Source: Octopus vulgaris (taxonomy: Eukaryota). Taken from it: DNA of 64,000 nt. Every line of letters begins with the position of its first letter. Positions within the stretch are counted from its first letter, which is position 1. A program made the translations under genes and the position numbers. The notes under the pieces are model-generated. The model was not told the origin of the DNA. It ran no database searches and saw only the letters and a list, made by a program, of their open reading frames with translations. Positions 39,109 through 54,926 of this stretch are shown piece after piece. The stretch lies in NCBI GenBank assembly GCA_951406725.2, contig OX597835.1:21328001-21392000 (forward strand). Reading direction: 5' to 3'.

Positions 39109-42100
39109 TATTTATATGTCCTTTTGTTTTTTTAAGTGACTTAAGATGTCTTTATATGAACAGAGATGACTCATAGCTCTGTCTGGACCATGAGTAATTG
39201 AAAACAAAACAAAAACGTGACCACTTATAAATACACTTATAAAATGTACAATTATCTACATAGTTAAGTTCTATTAGCAGAAGAAGTATGAAACTATTTA
39301 TATGTCCTTTTGTTTTTTTAAGTGACTTAAGATGTCTTTATATGAACAGAGATGACTCCTAGCTCTGTCTGGACCATGAGTAATTGAAAACAAAAATAAA
39401 ACCTGACCACTTATAAATACACTTATAAAAAGTATAATTATCTACATAGTAGATATGAACAGAGATGACTCCTAGCTCTGTCTGGACCATGAGTAATTGA
39501 AAACAAAAAAAACAAAAGAAAAAAACCTGACCGCTTATAAATACACTTATAAAAAGTACAATTATCTACATAGTAGATATGAACAGAGATGACTCCTAGC
39601 TCTGTCTGGACCATGAGTAATTGAAAAAAAAAGAAAAACCTGACCACTTATAAATACACTTATAAAAAGTACAATTATCTACTTAGTAGATATGAACAGA
39701 GATGACTCCTAGCTCTGTCTGGACCATGAGTAATTGAAAACAAAAATAAAACCTGACCACTTATAAATACACTTATAAAAAGTATAATTATCTACATAGT
39801 AGATATGAACAGAGATGACTCCTAGCTCTATCTGGACCATGAGTAATTGAAAACAAAAATAAAACCTGACCACTTATAAATACACTTATAAAAAGTATAA
39901 TTATCTACATAGTAGATATGAACAGAGATGACTCCTAGCTCTGTCTGGACCATGAGTAATTGAAAACAAAAAAAAAAACCTGACCGCTTATAAATACACT
40001 TATAAAAAGTACAATTATCTACATAGTAGATATGAACAGAGATGACTCCTAGCTCTGTCTGGACCATGAGTAATTGAAAAAAAAAAAAACCTGACCGCTT
40101 ATAAATACACTTATAAAAAGTACAATTATCTACATAGTAGATATGAACAGAGATGACTCCTAGCTCTGTCTGGACCATGAGTAATTGAAAAAAAAAAAAA
40201 AACCTGACCGCTTATAAATACACTTATAAAAAGTACAATTATCTACTTAGTAGATATGAACAGAGATGACTCCTAGCTCTGTCTGGACCATGAGTAATTG
40301 AAAACAAAAATAAAACCTGACCACTTATAAATACACTTATAAAAAGTATAATTATCTACATAGTAGATATGAACAGAGATGACTCCTAGCTCTATCTGGA
40401 CCATGAGTAATTGAAAACAAAAGAAAAAACCTGACCGCTTATAAATACACTTATAAAAAGTACAATTATCTACATAGTAGATATGAACAGAGATGACTCC
40501 TAGCTCTGTCTGGACCATGAGTAATTGAAAACAAAAAAAAACCTGACCGCTTATAAATACACTTATAAAAAGTACAATTATCTACTTAGTAGATATGAAC
40601 AGAGATGACTCCTAGCTCTGTCTGGACCATGAGTAATTGAAAACAAAAATAAAACCTGACCACTTATAAATACACTTATAAAAAGTACAATTATCTACTT
40701 AGTAGATATGAACAGAGATGACTCCTAGCTCTGTCTGGACCATGAGTAATTGAAAAAAAAAAAAACCTGACCGCTTATAAATACACTTATAAAAAGTACA
40801 ATTATCTACATAGTAGATATGAACAGAGATGACTCCTAGCTCTGTCTGGACCATGAGTAATTGAAAAAAAAAAAAACCTGACCGCTTATAAATACACTTA
40901 TAAAAAGTACAATTATCTACATAGTAGATATGAACAGAGATGACTCCTAGCTCTGTCTGGACCATGAGTAATTGAAAACAAAAAAAACCTGACCACTTAT
41001 AAATACACTTATAAAAAGTACAATTATCTACATAGTAGATATGAACAGAGATGACTCCTAGCTCTGTCTGGACCATGAGTAATTGAAAAAAAAAAAAACC
41101 TGACCACTTATAAATACACTTATAAAAAGTACAATTATCTACATAGTAGATATGAACAGAGATGACTCCTAGCTCTGTCTGGACCATGAGTAATTGAAAA
41201 CAAAAATAAAACCTGACCACTTATAAATACACTTATAAAAAGTACAATTATCTACATAGTAGATGTGAACAGAGATGACTCCTAGCTCTGTCTGGACCAT
41301 GAGTAATTGAAAACAAAAATAAAACCTGACCACTTATAAATACACTTATAAAAAGTACAATTATCTACATAGTAGATATGAACAGAGATGACTCCTAGCT
41401 CTGTCTGGACCATGAGTAATTGAAAACAAAAATAAAACCTGACCACTTATAAATACACTTATAAAAAGTACAATTATCTACATAGTAGATATGAACAGAG
41501 ATGACTCCTAGCTCTGTCTGGACCATGAGTAATTGAAAACAAAAATAAAACCTGACCACTTATAAATACACTTATAAAAAGTACAATTATCTACATAGTA
41601 GATATGAACAGAGATGACTCCTAGCTCTGTCTGGACCATGAGTAATTGAAAACAAAAATAAAACCTGACCACTTATAAATACACTTATAAAAAGTACAAT
41701 TATCTACATAGTAGATATGAACAGAGATGACTCCTAGCTCTGTCTGGACCATGAGTAATTGAAAACAAAAATAAAACCTGACCACTTATAAATACACTTA
41801 TAAAAAGTACAATTATCTACATAGTAGATGTGAACAGAGATGACTCCTAGCTCTGTCTGGACCATGAGTAATTGAAAACAAAAATAATACCTGACCACTT
41901 ATAAATACACTTATAAAAAGTACAATTATCTACATAGTTAAGTTCTATTAGCAGAAGAAGTATGAAACTACAACCTACTACTAATTTATACTTACAACCA
42001 CTTGATTTTTACGCTAGATGTTTTAGCTAAGAAGCATTTAGGCACAAATAAATACACTTATAAATACACTTATAAAAAGTACAATTATCTACATAGTTAA

Positions 42101-42208
42101 GTTCTATTAGCAGAAGAAGTATGAAACTACAACCTACTACTAATTTTATACTCACAACCACTTGATTTTTACACTAGATGTTTTAGCTAAGAAGCATTTA
42201 GGCACAAA
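39109..42208. repeat. 113-bp tandem satellite (~23 units, 39340-41938) with duplicated flanks
   Basis: Unit ATATGAACAGAGATGACTCCTAGCTCTGTCTGGACCATGAGTAATTGAAAACAAAAATAAAACCTGACCACTTATAAATACACTTATAAAAAGTACAATTATCTACATAGTAG. Confidence 0.97.
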
Positions 42209-42718
42209 AGTAAATTAAGCATCCAAAAAGATTTCATTTTCATTTTTCTATTTTCCTGTTGTTGTCTTTTTACTTTTAATATTGCATAACGAGACAGAAC
42301 CGGATTGTTGACGTTTCTCGCAGCTAACTTCCTATCGTCAGTATGTGTTGCGCGTAATTAGCCAGAAAAAAATCTATAAAAGATTTTGTATGCATGTATA
42401 TTTGTACGTAAGCGGATATGTATGTGTGTGTGTGTGTGTGTGTTGGTATGTACAATGTATGTATGTATGCATGCTTGTATGCATGTCTGTATAAACGTAC
42501 GTATATAGACATGTAATTGCATGCAATCATGTATTAAGCACGCATATACGTATGAGTACGTATATGTGTGTGCTGTGTGTGTTTGTGTATGTGTGTGTGT
42601 GTGTGTGTGTTTTACGTGTCTGCATGCATGTATTTACGTATGTGTTTATGAGTGTGTGTATATATATATGTGTGTGTATGTGTGTACGTGGTTCTGTATC
42701 TTAAAGCATATTTATATT

Positions 42719-42765
<47 letters not shown>

Positions 42766-42795
42766 ACATATTTTATATATATATATACATATATA

Positions 42796-42827
<32 letters not shown>

Positions 42828-43183
42828 AGTGTGTGTGAGTGTGTCTGTGTGTGTGTGAGTGTGTGTGTGTGCATGTATATATATACACATACACATATGT
42901 GTATATACATACATGCACACCCACACATATATGTGTATATATCTGTGGCTTTGTATTAAAGAACTTCATCACAAATAGGAAGCGAGACAGTATTGTTTCA
43001 GTTTATATAGATTACATACTATCGTGTGTGCATTTGTATGTATGTGTGACTAATCACGCGTATATAGATATATGAATATGCATGTGTTTGAGTGTGTATA
43101 AATTTTTGCGTGTGTAGACATACAATAAACAGACGTGTCGTGCATATATATCTATGCACATTTGTAAGTATATATGTGAAATG

Positions 43184-43312
<129 letters not shown>

Positions 43313-44077
43313 TGGTTTTAAATTGGTTTGCGAGATATGAAGCATCGTAAAGTAAATTGAGCACAAACATGAACGCCGCCGAAACAATACGTTTTTAATA
43401 AACTATCATTTTATTTCTTTTTTTTTCTTTTTTGTCTGTTTTGTTTTGTTTTGTTTTGTTTTTTCCTTATATATGTTGCTTCGATCTAAACAGATCATTT
43501 TTCGAATAAAACTGTCGAACATTAAAAAAAAAGAAGGCAGAGAAGACATCATATTAACCGCTGGCTGTCGAGGTAGGTCTTAAAATTGTCGAAAAATCAA
43601 ACATAACATGGACCTAGTTATCAGTCTGTCTCTCCGGCGTTGCTTCAACTACAGTTCCTACTTAAGTGATAATACATCATAAGTATCAATCATAATGCTT
43701 GAGTTTATCGAACAACAAGAAAGTTACTTTTTTTACAGAAGGTTAGTGACATCCTTCCGTAGGTGAATCTTCTGAGAGGTTCGAAACTCCTAGCAGTCCA
43801 TGGAATCTTTAAAGAAGGCAACAGCTAATCAACCTGGCTCGATATGTTACACACAGGCACGAGTTTGAGTGCGAATGCGTGTTTGTGCACGCCAATGGTA
43901 TGTGTGTATGTATGCATGCATGTATGTAGGTATGCTTGTATGTATGTATGTATGCATATATGTAAATGTGTATATATATTCCACCGAGGTCGACTTTGCC
44001 TTTCATCCTATATAATCGACTTAATCCGTTTGTCTGTCCTTGCTTGTCCCCTCTGTGTTTAGCCCTTGTGGGTAGTA

Positions 44078-44109
<32 letters not shown>

Positions 44110-44275
44110 AATATTATTAGAGACAAAACCACTACTTTGCAAAACAAACAAGGAAAGACTTAATCAATACATAAAATTTTAATAAATAGTCAAAAAAACC
44201 GCCACTACAATCGTTTCTTTAATCCTAAATCTGATTTTTTTTCCTGTAAATTTGGATTTATTCCCTAATATTTAT

Positions 44276-44385
<110 letters not shown>

Positions 44386-44414
44386 ATACATATATATATA
44401 TGTATATATATATG

Positions 44415-44452
<38 letters not shown>

Positions 44453-44855
44453 TATACATACATACACACACACACATAAGATGGTGGTACAACAATGCAC
44501 CAGTATTTACTGGAAATAGCATTCTATATCATACGACTCTATAGTAAAGCTTCACTGTATATATACTGGCAAAAATGTTTGCGGGCGGCGAACATAAAAC
44601 ATTTCATCTTGCCTGTAGGAAGAGCATTAAATAAGTGTACAACCCAGATGTGGATAATCTAGGACCTAGGTTTCGAATGTTCCAAATTACGTTTGTTAAC
44701 GTAAATTTGATTAGTTCTTATCGGCTAGATTCGCCTAAACAAAACCTCAAATGTTGCTACATCGATGCCAGTATATACTTTCCCAAACGCCTAGTGTTAA
44801 CAGACTGAGAACATTGAAAAGGTTTTCACAGAAAAAATAATTGAATAGTGCAATA

Positions 44856-45242
44856 TATATAGGAGCACTCCGTCGGTTGCGACGATGAGGGTCCCAGCTG
44901 ATACGATCAACGGAACAGCCTGCTCGTGATATTAACGTGCAAGTGGCTGAGCACTCCACAGACACGTGTACCCTTAACGTAGTTCTCGGGGAGATTCAGC
45001 GTGACACAGAGTGTGACAAGGCTGGCCCTTTGAAATACAGGTACAAGAGAAACAGGAAGAAAGAGCGAGAGAAAGTTGTGGTGAAAGAGTACAGCAGGGT
45101 TCACCACCACCCCCTGCCGGAGCCTCGTGGAGCTTTTAGGTGTTTTCGCTCAATAAACACTCACAATGCCCGGTCTGGGAATCGAAACCGCGATCCTCCG
45201 ACCGCGAGTCCGCTGCCCTAACCACGGGGCCGTTGCGCCTCC
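44856..45242 (-). mobile_element. SINE family B, full length, 13-bp TSD
   Basis: TSD GAATAGTGCAATA at 44843-44855 and 45243-45255. Confidence 0.93.
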
Positions 45243-45396
45243 GAATAGTGCAATACAGTGGTATTGCTGCCCAGTAAAACAAAGCAACATGTACCGGACA
45301 GAGCGACCTCCTTCACTTGCACTTGTTGATGATGCTGCTGTTGTTGTTGTTACTGCTGTTCCTCTTATTGTTGCTGTTGTTGTTGTTATTGTTGCT

Positions 45397-45462
<66 letters not shown>

Positions 45463-46263
45463 GGTGGTGGTGGTGGTGGTGGTGGTGGTGGTGGTGGTGG
45501 TGGTGGTGGTGGTGGTGGTGGTGGTGTTTACCTTCGAGTAAATGCTTATTGAACAGACTTATTTCTAAAGTCGTTCAGATGGTGGCCATCCCGTCGTTTT
45601 TGAGCATCATTATCCTAGAAGTTTTTCAAGGCGGTGCTCCAGCATGGCCGCAGTCTAATGACTGAAACAAGAAAAAAAGACAAAACATATAAAAGATATT
45701 TGCAGTGAGAGACCAAGCCAACTGCCACGAGTAAACATCCAGGCTTCGCACGAAATTAAATCATTACGTCATCAGGTCACATGACTAACTTCCTAAACAT
45801 AACCGGACTGTTATTTCTTTTTGTTGATGTTGTTGTTGCTGTTGTATTTGTTGTTGTTGTTGTTGTTTTTGTTGTTGCTGTTGTTGTTGTTCATCAATGT
45901 TCGAATAATGTTTCAAAGTCTTCAATAGACCGATCAGGGAAAGAGCGAAGGGTTAAATGCGTTTATTGTGTAATAAAACAGAAAAAAAAAATGGAAGATG
46001 CATCAACTTTTTTCATACATTTTAGTTTTCTTTTGATATCCATTTTTTTTTTTTTTGGAAAAAAAAAAGACGATTTTATTATTGTAAGGCGTTTTTGTAT
46101 CCGCTCATTGATGCTGCTGTTTTCGTTCTCGCCGTCATCGTAGTTTTTGTTGTTGGTGTTGTTGTAGTAGTAGTTGTTGTTGTTGTTGTTTTTGACAGGT
46201 TCATAATGTATATGCCAGTCATGATTTTGGCGTGAAATGTAAATAATGAGATCGAGAAAGGAT

Positions 46264-46368
<105 letters not shown>

Positions 46369-46599
46369 ATCATATATGCGCGGGTGCACATACTCAGGAA
46401 GGTACCCAAAAAATCACAGAAGCACTCATACAGAAACACACATACACATACACACGCGCTTGAGTGTGCACACACATACACACTTAGACTTATGTTTTTT
46501 TGATAGGCAGAGAGTTAGGGACACATAAAAACAGAGAGAGAGAGGGAGGTACAGGGATCTGGATAGATAGATAGTAAGATAGATAGATAGATAGATAGC

Positions 46600-46815
<216 letters not shown>

Positions 46816-47090
46816 CAGATAGATAGATGGATGGATAGATGGATATATAGATAGACAAACGGACAGATAGACAAACAGATAGATGTAGCTATATATGTAT
46901 ATGTGTATGTGCATGTGTGTGTGTGTGTATGTGTGTGCGTACGTGTGTGTGTGTGCGTAGTGGGTGTGTGATTGTGGATAACAAACAGATCTATCAATTC
47001 GGTTCCAGCCAAACAAAAGTAAATTACATATATTTTAAATCAGGTATTGAATATATTCTCTGTCGTTACTACAAACATTATTTATTTCTA

Positions 47091-47499
47091 TACTCTTTTA
47101 CTCTTTTACTTGTTTCAGTCATTTGACTGCGGCCATGCTGGAGCACCGCCTTTAGTCGAGCAATTCGACCCCGGCACTTATTCTTTGTAAGCCCAGTACT
47201 TATTCTATCGGTCTCTTTTTCCGAACCGCTAAGTGACGGAGACGTAAACACACCATCATCGGTTGTCAAGCAATGCTAGGGGGACAAACACAGACACACA
47301 AACACACACACACACATATATATATATACATATATACGACAGGCTTCTTTCAGTTTCCGTCTACCAAATCCTCTCACAAGGCATTTGTCGGTCCGGGGCT
47401 ATAGCAGACGACACTTGCCCAAGATGCCACGCAGTGGGACTGAATCCCGAACCATGTGGTTGGTAAGCAAGCTACTTACCACACAGCCACTCCTGCGCC
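47091..47499 (-). mobile_element. SINE family A, full length
   Basis: Reverse complement of 50819-51230. Confidence 0.93.
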
Positions 47500-47738
47500 C
47501 TATGTATATGATATAAATATATATACAGACGTATGTGTGTGTGTGGCGCGGGGAGGTATGTATACGTATGACATATATACTTGAACTCACACATATAGGA
47601 CGGGAGAGTTGGTTATATCATACACACACACATTATTATATATAACAGTATATAGTTTAAGAAATTACTATATACGTATTACTGATATATCTAAATATCC
47701 ATCTGCATGATTTCTTTAGATAGAGAGAGAGAGAGAGA

Positions 47739-48156
47739 GCCACACAGGCTGAACACAGAGGGGACAAATTACAAAGTAGAGTTTTTTTAGGGGTGAGAAA
47801 ACGAAAAAAAAAAGAAAAGAAAAAGGGGGTAGGTTTTCGATCAAAAGGAATCTTAAAAAGAGAAAGAAAAAACGATCAATAGGGATCGTGTATCACAGAA
47901 ACGTCATGATGTAAGGTGTAAAGGGGGAAGTAGATAAGATTTATCCGTGGAAAGAAAAGCCTACGGAAAAGACCACGGTAACCTCGGTCAATAAAGTCAC
48001 ATGTTAACCCATTTCTTAGCAAGTAAGTAACACTCTGTTTTAAATTTTTCCGAGTTCATAATTATGCTCAAGGTGGCTTCGTCATTCATACGTGCCATCC
48101 TTGGTACATTCACCCATCTTTTTTTTAAGCATTCGCTAGACAAAACTTGCCTCTCT

Positions 48157-48157
<1 letters not shown>
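47739..48157 (-). mobile_element. 3' end of a Tx1/L1-like LINE between (GATA)n and (GA)n
   Basis: ERQVLSSECLKKRWVNVPRMARMNDEATL (ERxxL..F..RW C-terminal motif) followed by a pyrimidine-rich 3' UTR. Confidence 0.6.
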
Positions 48158-48245
<88 letters not shown>

Positions 48246-48440
48246 GTTTGTGTTGTACGCATTGTTGAATGCGATGTAGACGCGAATAGGAAGATAAAGA
48301 AGAGGTTGAAAGGTGACATTATACAAGAAATTATAGATGGGTTAATAGTTTTTAATTTATCAACAAATTGAAGCGTAAGGAGTCACGAGACGCCATTTGA
48401 ACTATATATATATAAATATGTGTGTATATATGTACAAATA

Positions 48441-48504
<64 letters not shown>

Positions 48505-48690
48505 GTATGAACAACACACAATGTACTGTACGTACTTTAAAAACCGAGATTATGTTTCTATAAGCGTGTATACATATATATGTACGACTACCCCTGTTTT
48601 TGCGCACGTGATTGTGCGTTTAAATGGCTATGCATATATTAATATATATATAAATGTGTACGTGCATGTATATGTATATGTATACATATA

Positions 48691-48731
<41 letters not shown>

Positions 48732-48795
48732 GTACATACGCACATAAATATATACATACATATGAAGATATATATGTATATATGTGTGTGTGTAT

Positions 48796-48842
<47 letters not shown>

Positions 48843-49092
48843 TCATATATATATATATGTACATATATATATATATATATGTACATATATATATGTGTGT
48901 AAGTGTGTGTGTGTGTCTTAACTATTTCTATGTACGTATTTGAAATACATTTTAGTAATTTATTTTTCGCTCATATTAACAATCAAGTGAGAAGATATTA
49001 ATTGATTATGAGATCAACTACAAGATACATAAATACATACATATACATAATTATAATTACACATTCATTCACACAAGCACATATACACATAC

Positions 49093-49180
<88 letters not shown>

Positions 49181-49572
49181 CATATATGATTCTGCCAATT
49201 TCAATCAATAAATTCAGAATGGAACATCAGAAACGATGTTCGTTATTTTGTTGATTATACTTCGTAGAGAATGGTGTGGTATTGTAAGAGGATGGTTTGG
49301 TGGTTTGACGATTCGATGTGGCGATAGGGGGATGGGTTTGACAAGGGAGAGGGTGGGAGCCGGGTCGGGTTGTCGAATGTGTTTACGCGTGTATATGTAT
49401 AGGGAATTGGTGTTGAATACTGTGATTGCTGCCTATTGTTGGTGATGTTATTCTCACTTGTTGGCCACGTTGTTATTTTTTACACGGACACACATACACA
49501 CACATATATATAAATATATATGTGTATGTATGTATATATATATTTACATATATACATATATATCTACACACT

Positions 49573-49604
<32 letters not shown>

Positions 49605-49720
49605 CATATATATTCTTATATACATATACATGTATATGTACATATATTCTTATGTAGGTAACAAATACGTATATATATATATATATATATATATGTACGT
49701 TTATATATATACAAATATAA

Positions 49721-49764
<44 letters not shown>

Positions 49765-49769
49765 ATTTG

Positions 49770-49809
<40 letters not shown>

Positions 49810-50818
49810 TATATATATATATTATTACATTCATACATGTATTTACATATATATATGTCCATATATTCTTCCATTTAAATAGAAACATACATACATACAT
49901 ACATACATTCTGGTACGTGCATACATATGTATACACACACACCGCGCACACACACACACACATATATATATATGTATATGTAAATATATAAACGCATAAT
50001 GAATATGCCTATGTGTAGTATATATCTACATATGTGTTATGTATGTATGTATGTATGTATGTATGTATGTATGTATGTATGTATGTATGTATGTATGTAT
50101 GTATGTATGTATGTATGCATGCATCTATGTCCGTTGATCATTAACTATTACTCTACAGGCGAAGTAGTTTTAAGTGATTGTGCTAATTAAATTAAAATAT
50201 ACGTGTCTGATATTGCTTTCTCAGCTTGACGTTAATTATCATGTCGCTGTCGTCATGACGACGAACTTCAATACGCTTTTTCTGTCTGTTCGTCTGTCTT
50301 TCACTCTCTCTCTCTTTCTCTCTCTTTCTATATCTTGCCCTCTTTCTGGCACTCTCTTGATCTCTCTCTCTCTCTCTCTTGCTTTGATGTTTTAGTCCAA
50401 CAATATTGTCTAAGAGAAGCACAAGACCAGAATATTTCAGGTAAGAACAGATCAAGGTGACTCTTTAAAACCTAGTTTTTGACTGATCAATACTTATTTT
50501 ATCGATCCACTAAGAAATTAATAAAATAACTCGAATCTGGTGGGATTTGAACTCCCATTTGATTTATAATTATATGCATGGATCTATAAATGCTGCAAGG
50601 TATTTTTACATAACCGCTTTATCGGTTTTCATCTCTATGACCCAATATCAATTATAAAAGCTAGTTTTAGGATAAATGCATCGCTCCGATTTTCAGAGAT
50701 GCGACCATCAACTATAAGGAAAGCTCAGTTCCTGTGACGTGCGCAACCGGGATAAATGGATTCGTGTTCAAATCTGCCGGAACATATTAAGAATAAATAT
50801 ACAATAAATATAAAAATA

Positions 50819-51230
50819 GGCGCAGGAGTGGCTGTGTGGTAAGTAGCTTGCTAACCAACCACATGGTTCCGGGTTCAGTCCACTGCGTGGCATCTTGGGC
50901 AAGTGTCTTCTGCTATAGCCCCGGGCCGACCAATGCCTTGTGAGTGGATTTGGTAGACGGAAACTGAAAGAAGCCTGTCGTATATATGTATTTATATATA
51001 TATATGTGTGTGTGTATGTTTGTGTGTCTGTGTTTGTCTCCCCTAGCATTGCTTGACAACCGATGCTGGTGTGTTTGCATCCCCGTCACTTAGCGGTTCG
51101 GCAAAAGAGACCGATAGAATAAGTACTGGGCTTACAAAGAATAAGTCCCGGGGTCGATTTGCTCGACTGAAGGCGGTGCTCCAGCATGGCCGCAGTCAAA
51201 TGACTGAAGCAAGTAAAAGAGTAAAAGAGT
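50819..51230 (+). mobile_element. SINE family A, full length
   Basis: GGCGCAGGAGTGGCTGTGTGGTAAG head, GGTTCAGTCCC B-box, (GTAAAAGA)n tail. Confidence 0.93.
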
Positions 51231-51609
51231 GTACAAGACACCATTTCAGAATTCGCTGTTTAAGAGTGCGATTAGTAAATTATTACAGGCTCGTAGATAT
51301 CAGTATGGCTCAATGAACAATTTATTCACTGAAACTATAAACAAATGCTATCGCCTTTTGTACAGATTAAACAAAAAAAAAACATGCGCTTCTAGTTGAG
51401 ACATATGTTGAAATGCAGGCGTCCCATAATTCCTTCATTCAGTGAATTGTGTATGTTCTGAATATATTGTCGTCGTAAAAAGAAGTTGTACTTCTGTGAC
51501 GTACACAAAGGCGATTAACATATTTGTCTATAAAATCTGCTGGAACATATTTAGAAAAAATACGCAAATCGTCGTTTCAGATATCAGTCTTCTCACAAAC
51601 TACACCTCT

Positions 51610-51970
51610 TTTTGCCTCCATGAAGTGAGTTAACTACTGTCACTATCTACCATTCCTTCAATGCTCCCACCAGCTCCGTATCTTCACGATCCTCAATTGC
51701 AACAAACATTGAAGTGCTAGAACAGGGGGTAGTCGAGGCCATTCTGTTAAAGTGTTAAAGTCACAGTTACTTTAGGCAGAGCAGTTTTCCAATAAGGAGA
51801 CTTCATCAGCTACCCAACATGGTGCTATATGGCGAACTTATGACTGGTCACTATGAAAAGGGTCGTCAAAGAAAAGTTCTCAGGAGTCTGTCCAGAACGT
51901 ACTATATTGGTCTAATTAGCTTTCAACTGTGAGCCTTGCCGAGCCATTATCCACTCATCAGCCACCTCTC
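51610..51970 (+). pseudogene. Decayed RTE (BovB-like) LINE C-terminal fragment
   Basis: TNIEVLEQ..VEAILLK...HQLPNMVLYGELMTGHYEKGRQRK. Confidence 0.72.
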
Positions 51971-52490
51971 ACATGGATGACCATCAGGACGTAAACTGAT
52001 TGGACGTGAACCCAGGAGAGAACGTTATAATACGAATGCCAGAAGAGAATCGGCTGTGGAACCGCGGTGATTGGAACCGCCTATACTGTATCTGTCGTCA
52101 GCGCCTCAAGAAAGATTGGAGCCGGAGTAGACGGACTCCTTTCTTTCAAGAAACGAAGTCATAAGGGTGGTGAGAATGATATACATGAGTGCATGTATAT
52201 GTAGAGACACATACACATAGACACACACGGAGGCACACACGGAGGCACACACACGCACATGTATGTTTAAAATTACATCTGTGCTGACCCAACGCCCTGT
52301 GAAATTTTTACGGCATGTATTCATTACCGTATTTTCCATTTGATAAATATCAGCAATACAATATTCACGGTTCTGTCTGAAACTCTGTTGCAAAAGTAAT
52401 AAATCACAAATATACATTAAAAGCTGTCAAAATGAAAAGATGAAGTCATGTCATCTACCTATTTGTCTATCTATCTATCTATATCTATAT

Positions 52491-52618
<128 letters not shown>

Positions 52619-52639
52619 TACATATATATATATATACAC

Positions 52640-52683
<44 letters not shown>

Positions 52684-52878
52684 ACATGCACATATACACT
52701 CTTCCTTAGATTTATGAATGCAACTCCGTCCACATGTATTTCCATTAATAGACACATTCTCACGGGGACTCACAGACAGACACAGATATACACTCATTCA
52801 TATAAGTAAGTATATATTTGCGTGTGTGTGTGGAGTTAATGCCTAAACACATCAATAGATATATAGGCAGGGAGATAA

Positions 52879-52955
<77 letters not shown>

Positions 52956-53422
52956 GAGAGATGGAGAGAGAGGGAGAGAACGAAATATTGTGGTTATGAA
53001 ATGTTTTCTCAATGGACACCTCAGTTTTGTCTTTCTTACAAATGACTTCTATTTCAGGCAAAAACTTTTGAACTAATAGTTTTGGCTGCAGCAAAGTCAA
53101 GTGTGACAAAAAAAAAATTAATGAGAATTTTAAATCACTTATTCACACATTTATACATATACACACATATGCATATACTTAGATATTTACACACGCATAA
53201 GCATATATACGCGTGCGGGCATTTAATGGTGTCCACTCTGATGCGGGCATTCAGGCAAGATCTTCGGGTTAAAGAAACATTCTTCTCTCCCAGCCATTAA
53301 TTTCAGACATTCTGTAAAGAATCAGGGACACAGACTTACCTATTGATTAAAAGATATTGATGTATGTGTATATGTGTGCGCATAGGTACATACATGTTTG
53401 TAAACATATATATGCATATAAA

Positions 53423-53458
<36 letters not shown>

Positions 53459-53507
53459 CTTACATATACACACAGATGCGCATACATACATATATACTTT
53501 AGTGCGA

Positions 53508-53573
<66 letters not shown>

Positions 53574-54159
53574 TCTAACGTTCTGTGCATCTAGAATTAT
53601 GAAGGCGTCCCGCTGACGAACCTTGCCTTGGCAAACATATTCTGTCTGTTTTGCTAGAAAGAGGTAGATATCGTTAATGGTAAATGTTTTTGAATTTCTC
53701 TCTCTCCATGAATTTATCCCTCTTTGTGTCTCTAGCACTAAGCTTCCTTATTTAGGAGCCTTTTATTATATTTCTATATGAATAATATTTTGTCTAATGA
53801 CTAATTCGTCTTTTGTGCTAGGTCACTGGTAATAATAACCTATGTTATTACCCTTTTTGATTATGTTCTTGCGTCTCACGTTTGATCTTTGACTTCTGGC
53901 CGAAATCAGATCGCCATGTTGATTCGCAGCCTCTGCACGCATTTTTTTCTCTCCTTTCTGTGTTTCTTCTCTGTGTATCTTTCTGTTGAAGAACGTAGGC
54001 TCGACACGTAAAAGACTTGTTTTATTTATATTCCTGAGCGCCATACTAGTACAATTGTTTGTTTGTATTCCACCTACCTTCGTCTTTTGTTTATTTCCGT
54101 AAACCTGCCTTCGTCTTTTGTTTATTTTCATAAAGCTTCCCGTTATATATATATATATT

Positions 54160-54860
54160 CGTTGAAATTTCTGCAAGAACTTGCCCATTCACTTCTTTTG
54201 TTCAAATTTACAAATAACTTACTCAGTGATACAGCTCATATTCTAGAAACATTATGAAAGGGTCCGCTTACTTTATAATAACTCGCTCGACTGTATAAAT
54301 GTTTAATATTATCGTCCTTCAAATCCCAGATTTATTTAGATAGGTATCCATAAGTATGTTTCAGTGTCTGAATGTATACATGTATTGTGAGAATCTTTTT
54401 ATATATAAATTTTCAGTAACCCCGCTATAGTTTTTGTTTCAATTTTATTTGCGGGGCTGATCTTAGTTTGATGGTCATACTCTAGGCACTAGACAGTTTT
54501 CTTCTGTTTATAATGCTTTTGGCGGCGAAGTGGCTTTCGGAGCAACTGTTACTGAGCTTAACTTCAATTTTTTTAAAGATCTTATGATATCTAGGGCTTA
54601 GGGGGAAATGCTAATAATAAAGTTTAGAGAGATCCTACCAGGACTGGAAGAGGCGATATAGAAGATATTATCGTATGAAACCTTGTTTTCTACTTCTGCA
54701 TTTTTTAGTACTAATACTGATTTGTACATAATGGATACTATGTATTCTACCTTTTAAAGCATCATTGTAATAAAGAATAGTGCAGTGAAAGGATTCAAGT
54801 GCAGAACATAAACTGCAAACGCAATCTATAATATCATTAGCCAAGATTCTAAAGATTAAT
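54160..54860 (-). pseudogene. Decayed Penelope-like element (thumb + GIY-YIG region; same type as 6055-6255)
   Basis: HFPLSPRYHKIFKKIEVKLSNSC, KRFSQYMYTFRH, LSK*IWDLKDDNI, LNKRSEWASSCRN across frameshifts. Confidence 0.68.
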
Positions 54861-54926
54861 GGGAGGTTCTTTGGAATTTATATTATATTAATGTTGTTTC
54901 AACTTTGGTTTACTATTGAAAATGAA

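Noticed and set aside
39340-41938. 113-bp array as a CRISPR array, repeat protein or hammerhead array
   Set aside because: No unique spacers; frames break with A-tract length; GAGATGA...GAAA lacks correct hammerhead spacing and stems
44560-44777. Possible MITE with TATATACTGGCA inverted ends
   Set aside because: Only 12 bp, half of it TA-repeat, and single copy in the window
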